DNA from: a bacterium
GTDB taxonomy: Bacteria > Margulisbacteria > Marinamargulisbacteria > GCA-2716485 > JAYNIM01
Reading direction: 5' to 3'
Assembly (NCBI GenBank): GCA_038109055.1
Contig: JAYNIM010000004.1
Location: 57,079 to 121,078 of the forward strand
DNA: 64,000 bases
The notes under the pieces are model-generated. The model saw only the letters and a list, made by a program, of their open reading frames with translations, was not told where the DNA came from and did no database searches. Made by a program: the position numbers and the translations under genes. How positions within the stretch are numbered: position 1 is the stretch's first letter; the number at the start of each line of letters is the position of its first letter. Below, piece by piece: positions 1 through 9,380 of this stretch.

Positions 1-1
1 T

Positions 2-451
2 GCTTCTACTGAACCTGCTGCTTCTGCAAGTGCTGCTTTTGGAGGTGCTGCTGCTGGAGCTACTCCTCATCCCAAAAGGCTTAGTTTAGAGGAAACTCTT
101 AAACGCAGGCTTACGAAGCTAGAATGCAATTGGGATAATTTTAAAGACTTTTTTTCGACAATAGATAAAGCCTTTTTAGATTATTTGAATAAATTGCCTG
201 ATGAGGAACTACTACCTACTATATGTGCTAATTCTCCCAGACCTAGAGAAGGAGCCCGGCGACGTGATGCTAATACATTTGAGACAAACCAAAAACAAGG
301 AGTAAAACCTCCATATGACCTTGATGATGAAAACAGTTCTGACGAGGAACCCCTTGCTGCTTCTGATGATGATTATATAGAAAGTTCTGATGATGAATGT
401 AATGTCACTGACAGTTCTGAAAGCAGTGATCCTGGTAATGACGATTACTAG
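2..451 (+). CDS. 3' end of an orphan low-complexity protein with an acidic tail (5' end outside window)
   Basis: Frame is open from base 2 (ASTEPAASASAAFGGAAAGATPHPKRLSLEE...) through the 185..451 ORF to TAG; Ala/Gly-rich then Asp/Glu/Ser-rich C-terminus. Confidence 0.7.
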   Translation, partial: ASTEPAASASAAFGGAAAGATPHPKRLSLEETLKRRLTKLECNWDNFKDFFSTIDKAFLDYLNKLPDEELLPTICANSPRPREGARRRDANTFETNQKQGVKPPYDLDDENSSDEEPLAASDDDYIESSDDECNVTDSSESSDPGNDDY

Positions 452-626
452 TAACCTGTCATTTCAGACAGTTCTTTCTTAGTACTACACGCTCTTGCCT
501 ATTCGTCATTCCCGTGGCACTATTTTTTTGATGATAGATCTTGATGATACACTCGTTTTTTAAAGTCCTATCCGCTTTAACCTATATTGACGAAAATAAT
601 GTCCAACTAAATCTACTAAGCCTCTT

Positions 627-3600
627 CTATGTAAAAATTTCTGTTTTTGTTCCATATTGCATATAGACTGGTGATGATGGAGAAACAATAGGGGGACTCG
701 CTGCTTGTCTGTCTAAGGGGCAAAATTTGTGTGCTATTATGTCTTTTACTGTTTCTATAAGTTTATTAAATGCAGGCTTATGTTTATTTATATGCTTTCG
801 TAAAGCTTCTGTGTTTACTTTGTGGGCATCCCCTTTATTTGCTTGCTGCCCATGCGCTATTTGACCTCGTTTATCTATTAGATCCGTTAACCCTTTCATC
901 TCTCCCTTAAAAAATATTTTTAGTTTATCCCCTAATTCTCTACATATATTTATACTATCCATACAATATACGTATTGTTCTTCTTGGCTTAGTTTGTTCA
1001 TTTGAGTTGAATCACAGATTTTGTTGAGATTTTCTTGTAATCTACTTACGCAATTTGCTATCTCTGCAGGTTCCCATTGATTTGCCCTTTGGGTCAGCCA
1101 TTTATGCGCTGTTATTCTTCCTATTTCCATATCTTCAGTCTGTTCTGACTGTAACATCTCCTGCGCCCATTTTGCTTTTTCACTTAAATCCATACATAGT
1201 ACGCCAGGATGATGATGCAGGGCATTACGTAGCTCTTGCACCTTTGGACGTGAGCATCTGTCTGTGTCCATTAGGTTTACTACCCAGTTTAAATATTTTA
1301 ACTGCCTATAGGCCTGTCTTTGCTGTCTTCCTCGTTCTACTGATTGGATTGTGACTATATCTTTTTTTCTTTTTTCTGCTTCTTTTCTTCCTAGCCTTCC
1401 TCGAAATGCGGCTTGGATTCGTATAGCCCCCCTATTTTCATTTTTTAATTGGTTATATTCTTGGCGTGCTTGTCTTTTACGTTCTACTGATTGGATTGTG
1501 ACTATATCTTCTTTTCTTTTTTCTGCCGCTTTTCTTCCTAGTCTCCCTCGATATAATGATTGAAATTTAATTGCAGGGCCATTCAAAATAGCTTGTTTCT
1601 CTTCACATTCAAATCCTGCAATGATGGCAAGCGCGGCTGTTAATTCCCTTATTAACTGATCACTTTTTTCTACGATATATGCTGGAGTCTTTGATGTGAC
1701 TTCTTTTTGTAATGTTTCAAGGTATTGATGAAGATTTTTTTTGTCTATAAATACTGATTTTTGTGAATCCCCTTTTACAAGACAGGTTGTTTCTACCGTT
1801 GATCGAATCCTTGTCATTGTTTCTTCTAACCCCATTAATGCTGTCTGTAATATTGGAGGTAATTCACTGCCCTTTTCTCTTGCTTCTATTCCTAATCGTA
1901 TTTGGGTTAAGTCTCTTTTGTATCTATCTTTTAGTTCTTTGATATAGTTATCACACTTTGTAAGATCCTCTTGTACGCTTGTCTTTTCTAACTCCTTTCT
2001 CATCTTGTCCTGGGCTTTTTGTTGTTCGATTTCTATTTTTTGTTCTTCTACTGCTACTTTTTCAGCTGCTTTTTTTGCGACTTCCTTTTGTTTTTCTACT
2101 TTGGCTACATCTTTTTTTCCTTGATCTTCTTGATCTTCTTGATCTTTAATGTTCCTAGCTGTCGTTTTTAGGCACGTTAAGATACCCTTTTTTCTCTTTA
2201 TATCTGTCACTTGTATTTCTTTTTTATTTTGTTCTATTTCTCTTAGTTCCTTTTCTAATTCTTCTATTAATTTTCTGATTTGGTTTGCAAATTCCCCTTT
2301 TAACTTTGATGATGGAACACATGATAAAAGATTCTTTATACATGCTATATTGTTTTCGTTTACTCCTTGATTAAGTAGCAGTATTAGCGCTTCTTCATCC
2401 ATCATTTTAATTTCACGCATAGTAAGTTTCTTTGATTGATGAGCTTTAGGTTTATCAGTTTTAGGTTTATCGGGCTTTTTAGATTTTCGCTCTGGTTCTT
2501 TAGATTTTTTCTTTTTCCCACTGAAGTTATTTTTACCGAAGTTATTTTTATCAAAATAACCCCTAATAACTTTTCCATCTTTTGTTGTGAGTACCCCCCA
2601 TCCATGTTTCATTCCATTAAGAATCTCTCCTTCATATGTATATTCAGAGGTTGTTATTGTTCCCTTTCCATTTTCCCTATCCTCTTTCCAGTCTCCATCA
2701 TATTCTTCACCACTTTTTAATACCATTTTCCCTTTTCCATGCTTGAATCCATTTTCAAATTGGCCCTCATATATATCCCCATTGTCCCATTCCTGGCATC
2801 CTATACCGTCGAACTCTCCCATTTGAAAATCACCCTTATATGTGTATTTTTTTGGAACTACCTGTTTACCTTTGCCGTGTTTATGGCCCTCGATCCATGC
2901 TCCTTCATAGGTTTCTCCATTTTCGAATTTGATCTTTCCTCCTCCGTGCAGTTTACCCTTTTTGAACTCGCCCTCATAACTAAATTCACCTGGAACTATT
3001 GCTATACCTACGCCATTTTGCTCACCCCCAATCCAATATCCATCATAGCTTATTCCATTTTCCCAGGATATCTGCCCCTTTCCCTGCCTTTTATCAGCTT
3101 CAAACCCGCCCTTATAGGTATATTTACCCGGAACGGTAAATTTTCCTATGCCGTGTTTCTTACCCTCTCTCCATTCTCCTTCATAAGTTTCTCCATTTTC
3201 CCAAACGATCTTTCCATCTCCATGCTCTTGATTATTTTCAAATTCTCCCTCATAGGTATATTCCCCTGGAACTATCAGTATTCCGTTGCCGTGCTTCTTA
3301 CCCTCTCTCCATTCTCCTTCATAAGTTTCTCCATTTTCCCAAACGATCTTTCCATTTCCGTGCTGTTGATCCGCTTCAAAATTACCTACATAAGTATATT
3401 TTCCTGGAACTATCAGTGTTCCTTTGCCATGTTTCTTACCCTCACTCCATTTGCCTTCGTACCTACACCCATCAGTCCAGTACATAACTCCATCTCCAAG
3501 ACGTTCATTATCTTTAAATTCTCCCTCATAAATCGTCCCATTTTTCCATGTTAACCTCCCCTTTCCATGCCACTTACCATCTTGATACTCACCCTTATAG

Positions 3601-3812
3601 GTATATTCATCTGGATCTGTTGGTTTTACTTTATCGTTGCTAATGCCCCTTTCGACTCTGCTAACATCAACACAGGTATTTGGCGATGTTGATTCTCTGA
3701 GTCTTTGAGCAATTAAAGCCATTAATACTTCTCTCCACTTTTTTGAAGAATGCTTCTGACATTCTAACTTTACTTGACGCCATCCACTGGGAATGATACT
3801 TGATGTAGGCAT
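627..3812 (-). CDS. MORN-repeat, coiled-coil and IQ-motif protein (1061 aa)
   Basis: 15 YxGxF/WxxGxxHGxG MORN repeats, Lys-rich linker, Glu/Lys coiled coil, four IQ-like motifs (IQxxxRGxxxR); GGAGG/AAGGA upstream of ATG. Confidence 0.9.
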   Translation of the reverse strand: MPTSSIIPSGWRQVKLECQKHSSKKWREVLMALIAQRLRESTSPNTCVDVSRVERGISNDKVKPTDPDEYTYKGEYQDGKWHGKGRLTWKNGTIYEGEFKDNERLGDGVMYWTDGCRYEGKWSEGKKHGKGTLIVPGKYTYVGNFEADQQHGNGKIVWENGETYEGEWREGKKHGNGILIVPGEYTYEGEFENNQEHGDGKIVWENGETYEGEWREGKKHGIGKFTVPGKYTYKGGFEADKRQGKGQISWENGISYDGYWIGGEQNGVGIAIVPGEFSYEGEFKKGKLHGGGKIKFENGETYEGAWIEGHKHGKGKQVVPKKYTYKGDFQMGEFDGIGCQEWDNGDIYEGQFENGFKHGKGKMVLKSGEEYDGDWKEDRENGKGTITTSEYTYEGEILNGMKHGWGVLTTKDGKVIRGYFDKNNFGKNNFSGKKKKSKEPERKSKKPDKPKTDKPKAHQSKKLTMREIKMMDEEALILLLNQGVNENNIACIKNLLSCVPSSKLKGEFANQIRKLIEELEKELREIEQNKKEIQVTDIKRKKGILTCLKTTARNIKDQEDQEDQGKKDVAKVEKQKEVAKKAAEKVAVEEQKIEIEQQKAQDKMRKELEKTSVQEDLTKCDNYIKELKDRYKRDLTQIRLGIEAREKGSELPPILQTALMGLEETMTRIRSTVETTCLVKGDSQKSVFIDKKNLHQYLETLQKEVTSKTPAYIVEKSDQLIRELTAALAIIAGFECEEKQAILNGPAIKFQSLYRGRLGRKAAEKRKEDIVTIQSVERKRQARQEYNQLKNENRGAIRIQAAFRGRLGRKEAEKRKKDIVTIQSVERGRQQRQAYRQLKYLNWVVNLMDTDRCSRPKVQELRNALHHHPGVLCMDLSEKAKWAQEMLQSEQTEDMEIGRITAHKWLTQRANQWEPAEIANCVSRLQENLNKICDSTQMNKLSQEEQYVYCMDSINICRELGDKLKIFFKGEMKGLTDLIDKRGQIAHGQQANKGDAHKVNTEALRKHINKHKPAFNKLIETVKDIIAHKFCPLDRQAASPPIVSPSSPVYMQYGTKTEIFT
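1295..1580 (-). repeat. 147-bp (49-aa) tandem duplication encoding 2 x 2 IQ-like motifs
   Basis: cgttctactgattggattgtgactatatct occurs at 1333 and 1480; protein AIKFQSLYRGRLGRK..IVTIQSVERKRQAR / AIRIQAAFRGRLGRK..IVTIQSVERGRQQR. Confidence 0.85.
2540..3600 (-). repeat. MORN repeat array (23-aa units; central units alternate as a 46-aa pair)
   Basis: Units alternate ...VPG(K/E)YTY... and ...WENGETY...; near-identical 138-bp DNA units around 3150-3420. Confidence 0.9.
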
Positions 3813-4076
3813 TGCAATTTCCTTTCCCCTCCGTTTATCTAAACTATATTAATACATACTATTAAATTTATGTAAATAAACTTACAATTAGTTTATATTT
3901 TTTTTTTTCTAATCTTCCCCTACGGCTTCTAAAAGTATTAGCCTATAGATCTTAGATAGGGTAAGAATAAGCGTCATCCCGCCTAATAGTTGTTGTTTTT
4001 ACAGCAAAAGATATCAGATTAAAAGATGTTTACTCTTTTAATTTCTGTAAAATTCTATTTAGCTTCTTATTTATTT

Positions 4077-5600
4077 TTAGTGTCTAAAATGACGCATATT
4101 CGTCATTCCCATGGCAATATTTTCCTGATCACACGTCGCAATAACATCCTGATCTTTTTTTGATCCGCCTGGCTGTATAATGGCCTTAATACCTGCTTTT
4201 GCAGCCAAATCGATAGAATCTGAGAAGGGGAAAAAAGCATCTGATCCCAATACGGCGCCCTTTGCCTTTTCACCGGCGGCTTCGAGCGCAATTTCACAGG
4301 CTTTGACCCGACTCATTTGTCCCGCTCCAACGCCTAATAATTGTTTGTTTTTAACGATAACAATGGCGTTTGATTTGACGTATTTTACTAAAATATTGGC
4401 AAAGAGAAGATCCTCTTCATCTTGTTTTGATAAGGGAGTTTGGGTGACACAGTTAATTGAAGGTGGTTGGTCTTGGGTATCTGGGTCTTGAATCAAAAAG
4501 CCCCCATCAATCCACTTATGAATTGGATAGTTTCCTACCTGTTCTAGTTTTGGCACGCTTATTAAGCGTATATTGGCTTTTTTCTGTAAAATATCTAGCG
4601 CAGCTTGACTATAGCTTGGGGCTACCACAACTTCGGCAAAAAGTTTGCTTATTTCACTGGCGGTCACTTTATCTACCTCTCGATTTAATCCGATAATCCC
4701 GCCGAAGGCTGCGATGGGGTCTCCGGCCAAGGCCTTTTTATAGGCCTCAACCAAGGTCGTTGCTTGGGCAGCTCCACAGGGGTTACTGTGTTTGATCACG
4801 ACTGCTGCAGGTTCGTTAAATTCTTTGATGATCAGGGCTGCTGCTTCGAAATCTAACATGTTGTTGTAGGACAAGGCCTTGCCATGATGTTGCGTATATT
4901 GGCAGACGCCCTTTTTGCCATTGACAGTGTAAAAGGCAGCAGATTGGTGGGGATTTTCGCCATAGCGAAGGTCTGAATTTTTGTTGAGTAAGAGTAATTT
5001 TTGCTTGGGATACGGACTCTCCTCTTGTTGCTGAAATAAATAATTAGCAATAGCCATATCATAGGTGGCTGTATGTGCAAAGACCTTAGCGGCTAGTGCC
5101 TGTTTTTCGTTTTCGGACAAGGTGTCTTGGATCATTTTTTTAGCTACCCAAGTATAATCATCGGGGTCTACAAGCACTGTCACTGACTGATGATTTTTGG
5201 CGGCTGAACGCAACATTGAGGGCCCCCCAATATCAATTTGTTCAATAGCTTCTGCTAGAACAACATCTGGTTTTTGAATGGTTTCTTGAAAGGGATATAA
5301 ATTCACTGCGACGACATCAATGAACCCTATATTTAAGTCTTTGCAGGTCTGGATATGTGTCTCTAAGTCTCGTCTGGCTAATAATCCACCATGTATCTTG
5401 GGATGCAAGGTTTTGACTCGTCCATCTAAACATTCAGGAAAGCCCGTTATCTGATCAATAGGGGTTACCTCGATCCCGGCATCTATTAAGGTTTTGGCCG
5501 TTCCCCCGGTAGAAATAATCTCATATTTTAAACTTTTGAGTGTTTTGGCAAAATTGATGATACCTTCTTTGTTTGAGACTGATAGTAATGCGCGTTTCAT
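4077..5600 (-). CDS. purH: Bifunctional AICAR transformylase/IMP cyclohydrolase
   Basis: MKRALLSVS, GRVKTLHP, IDIGGPSM, LRYGENPHQ, SDAFFPF, terminal RHFRH. Confidence 0.98.
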   Translation of the reverse strand: MKRALLSVSNKEGIINFAKTLKSLKYEIISTGGTAKTLIDAGIEVTPIDQITGFPECLDGRVKTLHPKIHGGLLARRDLETHIQTCKDLNIGFIDVVAVNLYPFQETIQKPDVVLAEAIEQIDIGGPSMLRSAAKNHQSVTVLVDPDDYTWVAKKMIQDTLSENEKQALAAKVFAHTATYDMAIANYLFQQQEESPYPKQKLLLLNKNSDLRYGENPHQSAAFYTVNGKKGVCQYTQHHGKALSYNNMLDFEAAALIIKEFNEPAAVVIKHSNPCGAAQATTLVEAYKKALAGDPIAAFGGIIGLNREVDKVTASEISKLFAEVVVAPSYSQAALDILQKKANIRLISVPKLEQVGNYPIHKWIDGGFLIQDPDTQDQPPSINCVTQTPLSKQDEEDLLFANILVKYVKSNAIVIVKNKQLLGVGAGQMSRVKACEIALEAAGEKAKGAVLGSDAFFPFSDSIDLAAKAGIKAIIQPGGSKKDQDVIATCDQENIAMGMTNMRHFRH

Positions 5601-5611
5601 GGTTCCTCTCC

Positions 5612-6232
5612 TTAATATTTAATATTTTGTAATTTTTTTACTATATTTTCAAATTTACCCTCTATGACTTCTGCAATAGCCTTTGGATAGAGCTGATGTT
5701 CCACGCTTAAAATCCTCTCTGATAAGCGTTGTTCGTTATCTCCTTCTTTAATGGGCACGGATGCTTGCGCAATAATAGGACCGGCATCCATTTCAGGGGT
5801 CACAAAATGTACCGTGCAACCACTTTCTTTTTCTTTGGCCTCTAAGGCTTGGCGTTGTGCCTTTAAGCCTTTAAATTTGGGTAAAAGTGAGGGATGAATA
5901 TTCAAAATTTTTCCTTTAAACATCTGAAACATCGTGTCTCCTAATAGCTTCATATATCCTGCCAAGACGATGTAATCGACCTTGGCCTCTTTTAACTGCA
6001 TACAAATGGCGGCTTCGTAGCGCTGTGTCGTGATATAGGCCTTTGGATCGATGGCCAAACTAGCGATACCTGCCTCATTGGCGATCTCTAGGCCTTTGGC
6101 TACTGGATTATTACTGATCACCAAGGGAATCTCTGCCTGTAATTTTTTTTCGTTTATTGCCTGAATAATAGCGGCTAAGTTAGACCCGCGCCCCGAGATT
6201 AATACGCCAATTTTTTTAAGCTTCTGTGACAT
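5612..6232 (-). CDS. purN: Phosphoribosylglycinamide formyltransferase
   Basis: LISGRGSNL, LAGYM, LNIHPSLLP, GCTVHFV..MDAGPII; lies between purM and purH. Confidence 0.97.
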   Translation of the reverse strand: MSQKLKKIGVLISGRGSNLAAIIQAINEKKLQAEIPLVISNNPVAKGLEIANEAGIASLAIDPKAYITTQRYEAAICMQLKEAKVDYIVLAGYMKLLGDTMFQMFKGKILNIHPSLLPKFKGLKAQRQALEAKEKESGCTVHFVTPEMDAGPIIAQASVPIKEGDNEQRLSERILSVEHQLYPKAIAEVIEGKFENIVKKLQNIKY

Positions 6233-6237
6233 AGTTT

Positions 6238-7191
6238 TTAGCCTTTTGCTATGCGTCCAATCGGGTAATAATCTCTGTCATCTGGCAATTTTTCAGACGA
6301 GATAATCACCATACCTACCCCCATATTAAAGACCTTCCACATTTCCTCTTCGTGAATTTTACCTATCTTTTGTAAGGTTCTAAAACACTCGAGTACTCGA
6401 ATCTTTTTTTTATCAATGTCCACTTTTAATCCATCATTTAATAAGCGTTGAATATTTTCGTTTAAGCCCCCTCCTGTGATATGAGCAAAGGCCACAATAC
6501 TGGGGAATTGTTTTAATAACTTTTTACACTGTGTCGTATATATACGCGTGGGTTCCAACAAAGCCTCTAGACCAATCTTGTTCTTAGCCTCAGGATAGGT
6601 TTCTAGAACATTCCGAATAAGTGAATAGCCATTGCTATGAAATCCTGCTGAAGGCAGGGCGTATAAATAGTCTCCTTCATTGATATGGGACCCTTTTAAT
6701 AGTTTCGATTTCTCAACAATCCCACAGGCAAAACCGGCTAAATCAAAGTCATTTTTTTTATACATACTGCCCATTTCTGCCATTTCGCCTCCCACCAACG
6801 CCAGTGCTGATTGCTTGCAGCCTTCACAAATCCCTTTCACCACCTCTTTGACCTGTTCCGGCTCGAGCTGATGGCAGGCGTAATAATCCAAGAAAAACAA
6901 GGGATTAGCCCCTGTACATAGTAAATCATTCACAGACATTGCCACTAAATCAATGCCAACTGTCGCTAATTTATTTTCCTGGATCGCAATATGCAACTTT
7001 GTTCCAACACCATCTGTGCAGGACACTATCACCGGTTCTTTATACTGAAGTTGAGATATATCATACGCTGCCGCAAAGCCCCCTAATCCCCCTAAAACCT
7101 CGGCATTATGGGTACTCTCTACCTGGGCCTTGATCGAGTCAACGGCCTTATTTCCTGCTTGAATATTGACACCAGATGATTGATAGTCCAT
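6238..7191 (-). CDS. purM: Phosphoribosylformylglycinamidine cyclo-ligase (AIR synthetase)
   Basis: TDGVGTK, GIDLVAMSVNDL, GGEMAEM, HSNGYSL, HITGGG, FNMGVGM. Confidence 0.97.
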   Translation of the reverse strand: MDYQSSGVNIQAGNKAVDSIKAQVESTHNAEVLGGLGGFAAAYDISQLQYKEPVIVSCTDGVGTKLHIAIQENKLATVGIDLVAMSVNDLLCTGANPLFFLDYYACHQLEPEQVKEVVKGICEGCKQSALALVGGEMAEMGSMYKKNDFDLAGFACGIVEKSKLLKGSHINEGDYLYALPSAGFHSNGYSLIRNVLETYPEAKNKIGLEALLEPTRIYTTQCKKLLKQFPSIVAFAHITGGGLNENIQRLLNDGLKVDIDKKKIRVLECFRTLQKIGKIHEEEMWKVFNMGVGMVIISSEKLPDDRDYYPIGRIAKG

Positions 7192-7199
7192 ATCTGACT

Positions 7200-7208
7200 A
7201 GTGTAGCA
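7200..7208 (-). promoter_or_regulatory. Extended -10 box (TGcTACACT) 8 nt before the purM start; leaderless-type promoter
   Basis: Minus strand reads ttgcTACACTagtcagatATG; no SD. Confidence 0.6.
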
Positions 7209-7292
7209 AAGCTTGGACGTTTGTTCGAGAGATTATTTAGCTCACTGTGAAATCTGTTTGAATCAAAGGGACAACAACTTAGAGACCCTCTG

Positions 7293-9362
7293 TTATGGAT
7301 GATGCAACATATATTTGGCTGTTTCATACAAACCCAATCCCAGTGAATGATACTCCTTTAATACCTTGGGGTATTTCGCTTTAACATCGATCACTTTCTT
7401 TACATCTTCAGCATTTGTTTTATACAAACGATCATGTGTCCCATCTCGGTATAATGTTAAATAAAAATCTTTCCCTATAAGGCCAATTTTACTTTTACTT
7501 TCTCGAAATGTCACAATCAGTGTTTTATTCTGTTCTCGTTCTTCATCTGTCTGGGCCAAGACATCTTTTCCAAAGGTTTTGTTTTCATATGAAATTCCGG
7601 CGAGGCCTGCTACGGTTGGCAACATATCATGCAGGTTGGTAACCCCTTTTATAGCCCCTGTTCTTTTTAGATAATTTGGGGCATAAAGGATCCATGGAAT
7701 ATGAAAATTATCCAAGCCCAAGGCATTTGACATAGCAGACATGTGTTTGGGGGGTGGCCCAATGGTCCCATGATCTCCAAAAAAACAAAATATCGTCTCT
7801 TTGTCTAAACCTGACTTTTTCACTTCTTTCATAAATTCACTCACAGAAAAATCCAATAAACGCATGGCTTCGTATTGATCTTTGGACTTAAACCCTGCTT
7901 CTTCTAGCTGTTTATCTGTGACACTGTCGTCTTTTTTAAATCCTTTGATGTGTTTGGGAATGGTATAAGGACTGTGATTAGCTGCTGTCTGAATAAAGGC
8001 AAAAAAAGGTTTTTTAGACCTCCTTTTTTTTAATCGCTCTAATGATTCCATCAAGAGATCGTAGTCGCTAACCCCCCACACATCTACACGCTTGGCTTTA
8101 AAACTGTCTTGTTCAAACATCTGAATATCCGGAATGTTGTGTGTGATAAAGCCCCGAATATTTGCCCAAGATGCTGAGCCTCCTATAAAGAAGTATTTTT
8201 CGTAGTCTTTAAAGGCTGACACGATGCTATTCTGCTTTGTAATTAAGGGATTTCGCGAACTGGTATCTGCTCGGCTGACGTCTGGAATCCCCGCAAACAA
8301 ACCAAATATGGCCCGTGCAGTACCATAGACAGGCACATAGCACTGCTCAAAAAATAGACCTTCTGTGCCTAACTGATCCATAAATGGGGTGACGTCTAAT
8401 GGATTCCCTACTAATCCAAAACGATTTACAGGCACTGTTTCTAATAACACCACTATAATATTAGGACTTTTGTCTGTGCGGTTGTGTGTTTTTGTTCGTG
8501 TAAAATCGAAGGGACGTGCGTCTTTTACCCCTAAATATTGGGCAACTTGTGGGTAGTATTTCTGTGTTTTTTCAACATCATACTCTTTTTCTAAAAATGT
8601 GTAGGTATCATAGAAAAACAAACAAGGATTTAATGCTAAGGCATTCGAAAAATAATGTTGGCTAAAAAATGCTTCACTCCATCGTAACGGATACTGACCA
8701 AAATTTTGCCAACATCCAAAAATAAATATCAGCCCTCCGATCATTATCCCCAATGTCTTTTGATACCACGAATAGCGATAAGTAGCGTTTTCTAAGGGGG
8801 CATGTTGCCATTTTAGCAACTTAGTAATCCCCCAAATTGCGGCTATTAGGCCCAGTAAAATCCACAAAATAGGATAACTTTGCCAAAGCATTTCTGCAGA
8901 AATATCCGTATTCGAAAAAAAGTTAAATATCGTGACATCAATACGTCGTTGTAAATAGGCGTAATAGCCCATATCAACGCCATATATCACCAAGACAAAA
9001 CAGGCCACTAAGCCTGTATAGACCTTGCTTAAAAAACGCAGTATCTTGCGTTTTTGCACATTAATGACAGGAAAAATACAAAATGGAATAATAGGCATAA
9101 ACATCAACATTGCTAAGCGCATGTCAAATTGAGCCCCAATCAAAAATGCCTTTCCTAATCCTGCATTTGTATAGTCTGCCGTTGCTTCTTTAAAGACAAG
9201 AAAAAATATCATCCGACTCACAATTAAACAGATAAAGAATGAGCTAAAAAAACGCGCAAAAAAACGTATACGTCGGGCATGTCGTATCTGCCAACATTTT
9301 TCTATGATTATTTTAATGTTATTTAGCCACTTAAAAGGTGTTGCTTTGTTTGCCGTGTTCAT
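7293..9362 (-). CDS. LTA synthase / phosphoglycerol transferase-like membrane sulfatase-fold enzyme
   Basis: About five N-terminal TM segments, then PNIIVVLLET, putative catalytic Thr in YGTAR, NHSPY, GDHG. Confidence 0.85.
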   Translation of the reverse strand: MNTANKATPFKWLNNIKIIIEKCWQIRHARRIRFFARFFSSFFICLIVSRMIFFLVFKEATADYTNAGLGKAFLIGAQFDMRLAMLMFMPIIPFCIFPVINVQKRKILRFLSKVYTGLVACFVLVIYGVDMGYYAYLQRRIDVTIFNFFSNTDISAEMLWQSYPILWILLGLIAAIWGITKLLKWQHAPLENATYRYSWYQKTLGIMIGGLIFIFGCWQNFGQYPLRWSEAFFSQHYFSNALALNPCLFFYDTYTFLEKEYDVEKTQKYYPQVAQYLGVKDARPFDFTRTKTHNRTDKSPNIIVVLLETVPVNRFGLVGNPLDVTPFMDQLGTEGLFFEQCYVPVYGTARAIFGLFAGIPDVSRADTSSRNPLITKQNSIVSAFKDYEKYFFIGGSASWANIRGFITHNIPDIQMFEQDSFKAKRVDVWGVSDYDLLMESLERLKKRRSKKPFFAFIQTAANHSPYTIPKHIKGFKKDDSVTDKQLEEAGFKSKDQYEAMRLLDFSVSEFMKEVKKSGLDKETIFCFFGDHGTIGPPPKHMSAMSNALGLDNFHIPWILYAPNYLKRTGAIKGVTNLHDMLPTVAGLAGISYENKTFGKDVLAQTDEEREQNKTLIVTFRESKSKIGLIGKDFYLTLYRDGTHDRLYKTNAEDVKKVIDVKAKYPKVLKEYHSLGLGLYETAKYMLHHP

Positions 9363-9380
9363 CTTTGATTAAATCCCCTT

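Noticed and set aside
456..480. Hairpin CTGTC-N6-GACAG followed by a T-rich run as a terminator
   Set aside because: A 5-bp stem is too weak to call with confidence.
1055..2826. Several 68-99 aa plus-strand ORFs rich in Phe/Leu/Ser
   Set aside because: Antisense to the Lys/Glu-rich MORN-IQ gene; composition is explained by the opposite strand.
2739..3554. 271-aa plus-strand ORF
   Set aside because: Antisense shadow of the MORN repeat array; its periodicity mirrors the repeats and it has no independent motifs.
7192..7292. Possible purine or ZTP riboswitch before purMNH
   Set aside because: No recognisable aptamer consensus, and a -10 box 8 nt from the ATG leaves no room for a leader.
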